From assembly GCA_048213135.1 (NCBI GenBank), contig PS015021.1:85618-141127 (forward strand): 55,510 nt of DNA, written 5' to 3'. The stretch comes from Reclinomonas americana ATCC 50394 (Eukaryota). Under the pieces are notes generated by a model. It was not told where the DNA came from. It did no database searches and worked only from the letters and a program-made list of their open reading frames with translations. Shown here in pieces: positions 54,592 through 55,510 of this stretch (its first letter is position 1; the number at the start of each line of letters is the position of its first letter). A program made the position numbers and the translations under genes.

Positions 54592-55510
54592 TCACGGCGG
54601 CGGCAACAAGCACTGCAGGCTCTTGAAAATGGTGCACTGGCCAGAAGAGGTGAGGCACGCCGCCACGATGCGCGAGTCGTCGCTGCTGTCGACAGTGTAC
54701 CACCTGGCGCTGTTGCCAGTTGCGTACCAGGTGACGCCACCGTCGGCGGAGACGTAGATATCTCTGGTCGAAGGCGCAAAGAAGCGCACATCGCTGTACA
54801 CCACAGTCCCAATGTTGGCGCTGTCCGGGTTGAATGAGCTCGGCGTCCACGTCACACCACTGTCGGTCGAGACGGTGATGGCGGCGTTGTTTGTGTAGTC
54901 CAACGCCAGCAGGCGACTGCCGTCAGCGCCACCGTCAAGCGACAGGATAACGTTGTTGGAGATCTTGGTCCACGTCGCCCCGGCATCGGTCGTCGTGTAG
55001 AAGCCACCGTCGGTGCCGGTCAAGATCTTCGTGCCATCGGCTGACACAAAAATGACTTCGGCGTACTGGGAATCCGGGCGATCGACAGTGGACCAAGTGG
55101 CGCCGCTGTCGGCACTCACGGTGATAGCACCGGTGCCGAAAAGCACACCAATCACCGATCCGTTACCGCTCACTGCGATCTGCCGCGGCGAGTCAGATCC
55201 TCCAGCGTTGTAGCTGGCCAGGGTCCATGTGGCACCACCGTCAGTGGAGATGTAGGTGCCGACGCTGGCTTGCTGCCCGCTAGCCACCAGCAGCATCGAC
55301 CCGTCGTTGCTGACAACTGGCGAATTGAAGGACACAGGAGCATTGACAACCGTCGAGGCCGTCCATGTGGCGCCGGCGTCGGCGCTGACATAAACATTGA
55401 CGTCGTCAGCGTACAGCATGGTCTGCCCGCTGCCGCTGACCGCGATGGTCGCACCTCCTCCAAATGCATTCGCTCCAGCCGGAGAGACGTTGGTCACGAG
55501 GCAAGTGGCC
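54592..55510 (-). CDS. Asp-box (BNR) repeat beta-propeller protein, 5' partial
   Basis: Six SxDxGxTW motifs (SADAGATW, STDGGATW, SADSGATW, TTDAGATW, STDSGVTW, SADGGVTW). Confidence 0.85.
   Translation of the reverse strand, partial: ATCLVTNVSPAGANAFGGGATIAVSGSGQTMLYADDVNVYVSADAGATWTASTVVNAPVSFNSPVVSNDGSMLLVASGQQASVGTYISTDGGATWTLASYNAGGSDSPRQIAVSGNGSVIGVLFGTGAITVSADSGATWSTVDRPDSQYAEVIFVSADGTKILTGTDGGFYTTTDAGATWTKISNNVILSLDGGADGSRLLALDYTNNAAITVSTDSGVTWTPSSFNPDSANIGTVVYSDVRFFAPSTRDIYVSADGGVTWYATGNSARWYTVDSSDDSRIVAACLTSSGQCTIFKSLQCLLPPP

Overview
Draft-assembly window (many N gaps) from a GC-rich, intron-rich, gene-dense eukaryote that probably has a motile flagellum, since it carries DNAAF4. 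The ORF track is largely misleading because the genes are spliced, so I rebuilt the gene models by hand; they are inferences without transcript data. About 21 genes are present: a large H-type-lectin-like/EGF surface protein, a caspase-like (C14) protease fused to TPRs, a truncated cullin-like protein, three tandem secreted SUEL-type lectin genes with a Crinkler/RHS-type NTPase-nuclease gene inserted between copies 1 and 2, a cyclic-nucleotide-binding 6TM channel, a fourth SUEL lectin, a WD40 protein, acireductone dioxygenase, a sirtuin lacking the zinc module, a MYCBP2-type RING-Cys-relay ligase preceded by SUMO-interacting motifs, DNAAF4, an Asp-box propeller, and several unknown membrane or low-complexity proteins. 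The most striking signal runs across the whole window. About a third of the introns begin with a one-nucleotide-shifted 5' splice site (GTTGCG(T), GTTGAG or GTTACG rather than GTGCG/GTGAG/GTACG), and this shifted class is used almost only where the exon does not end in G.
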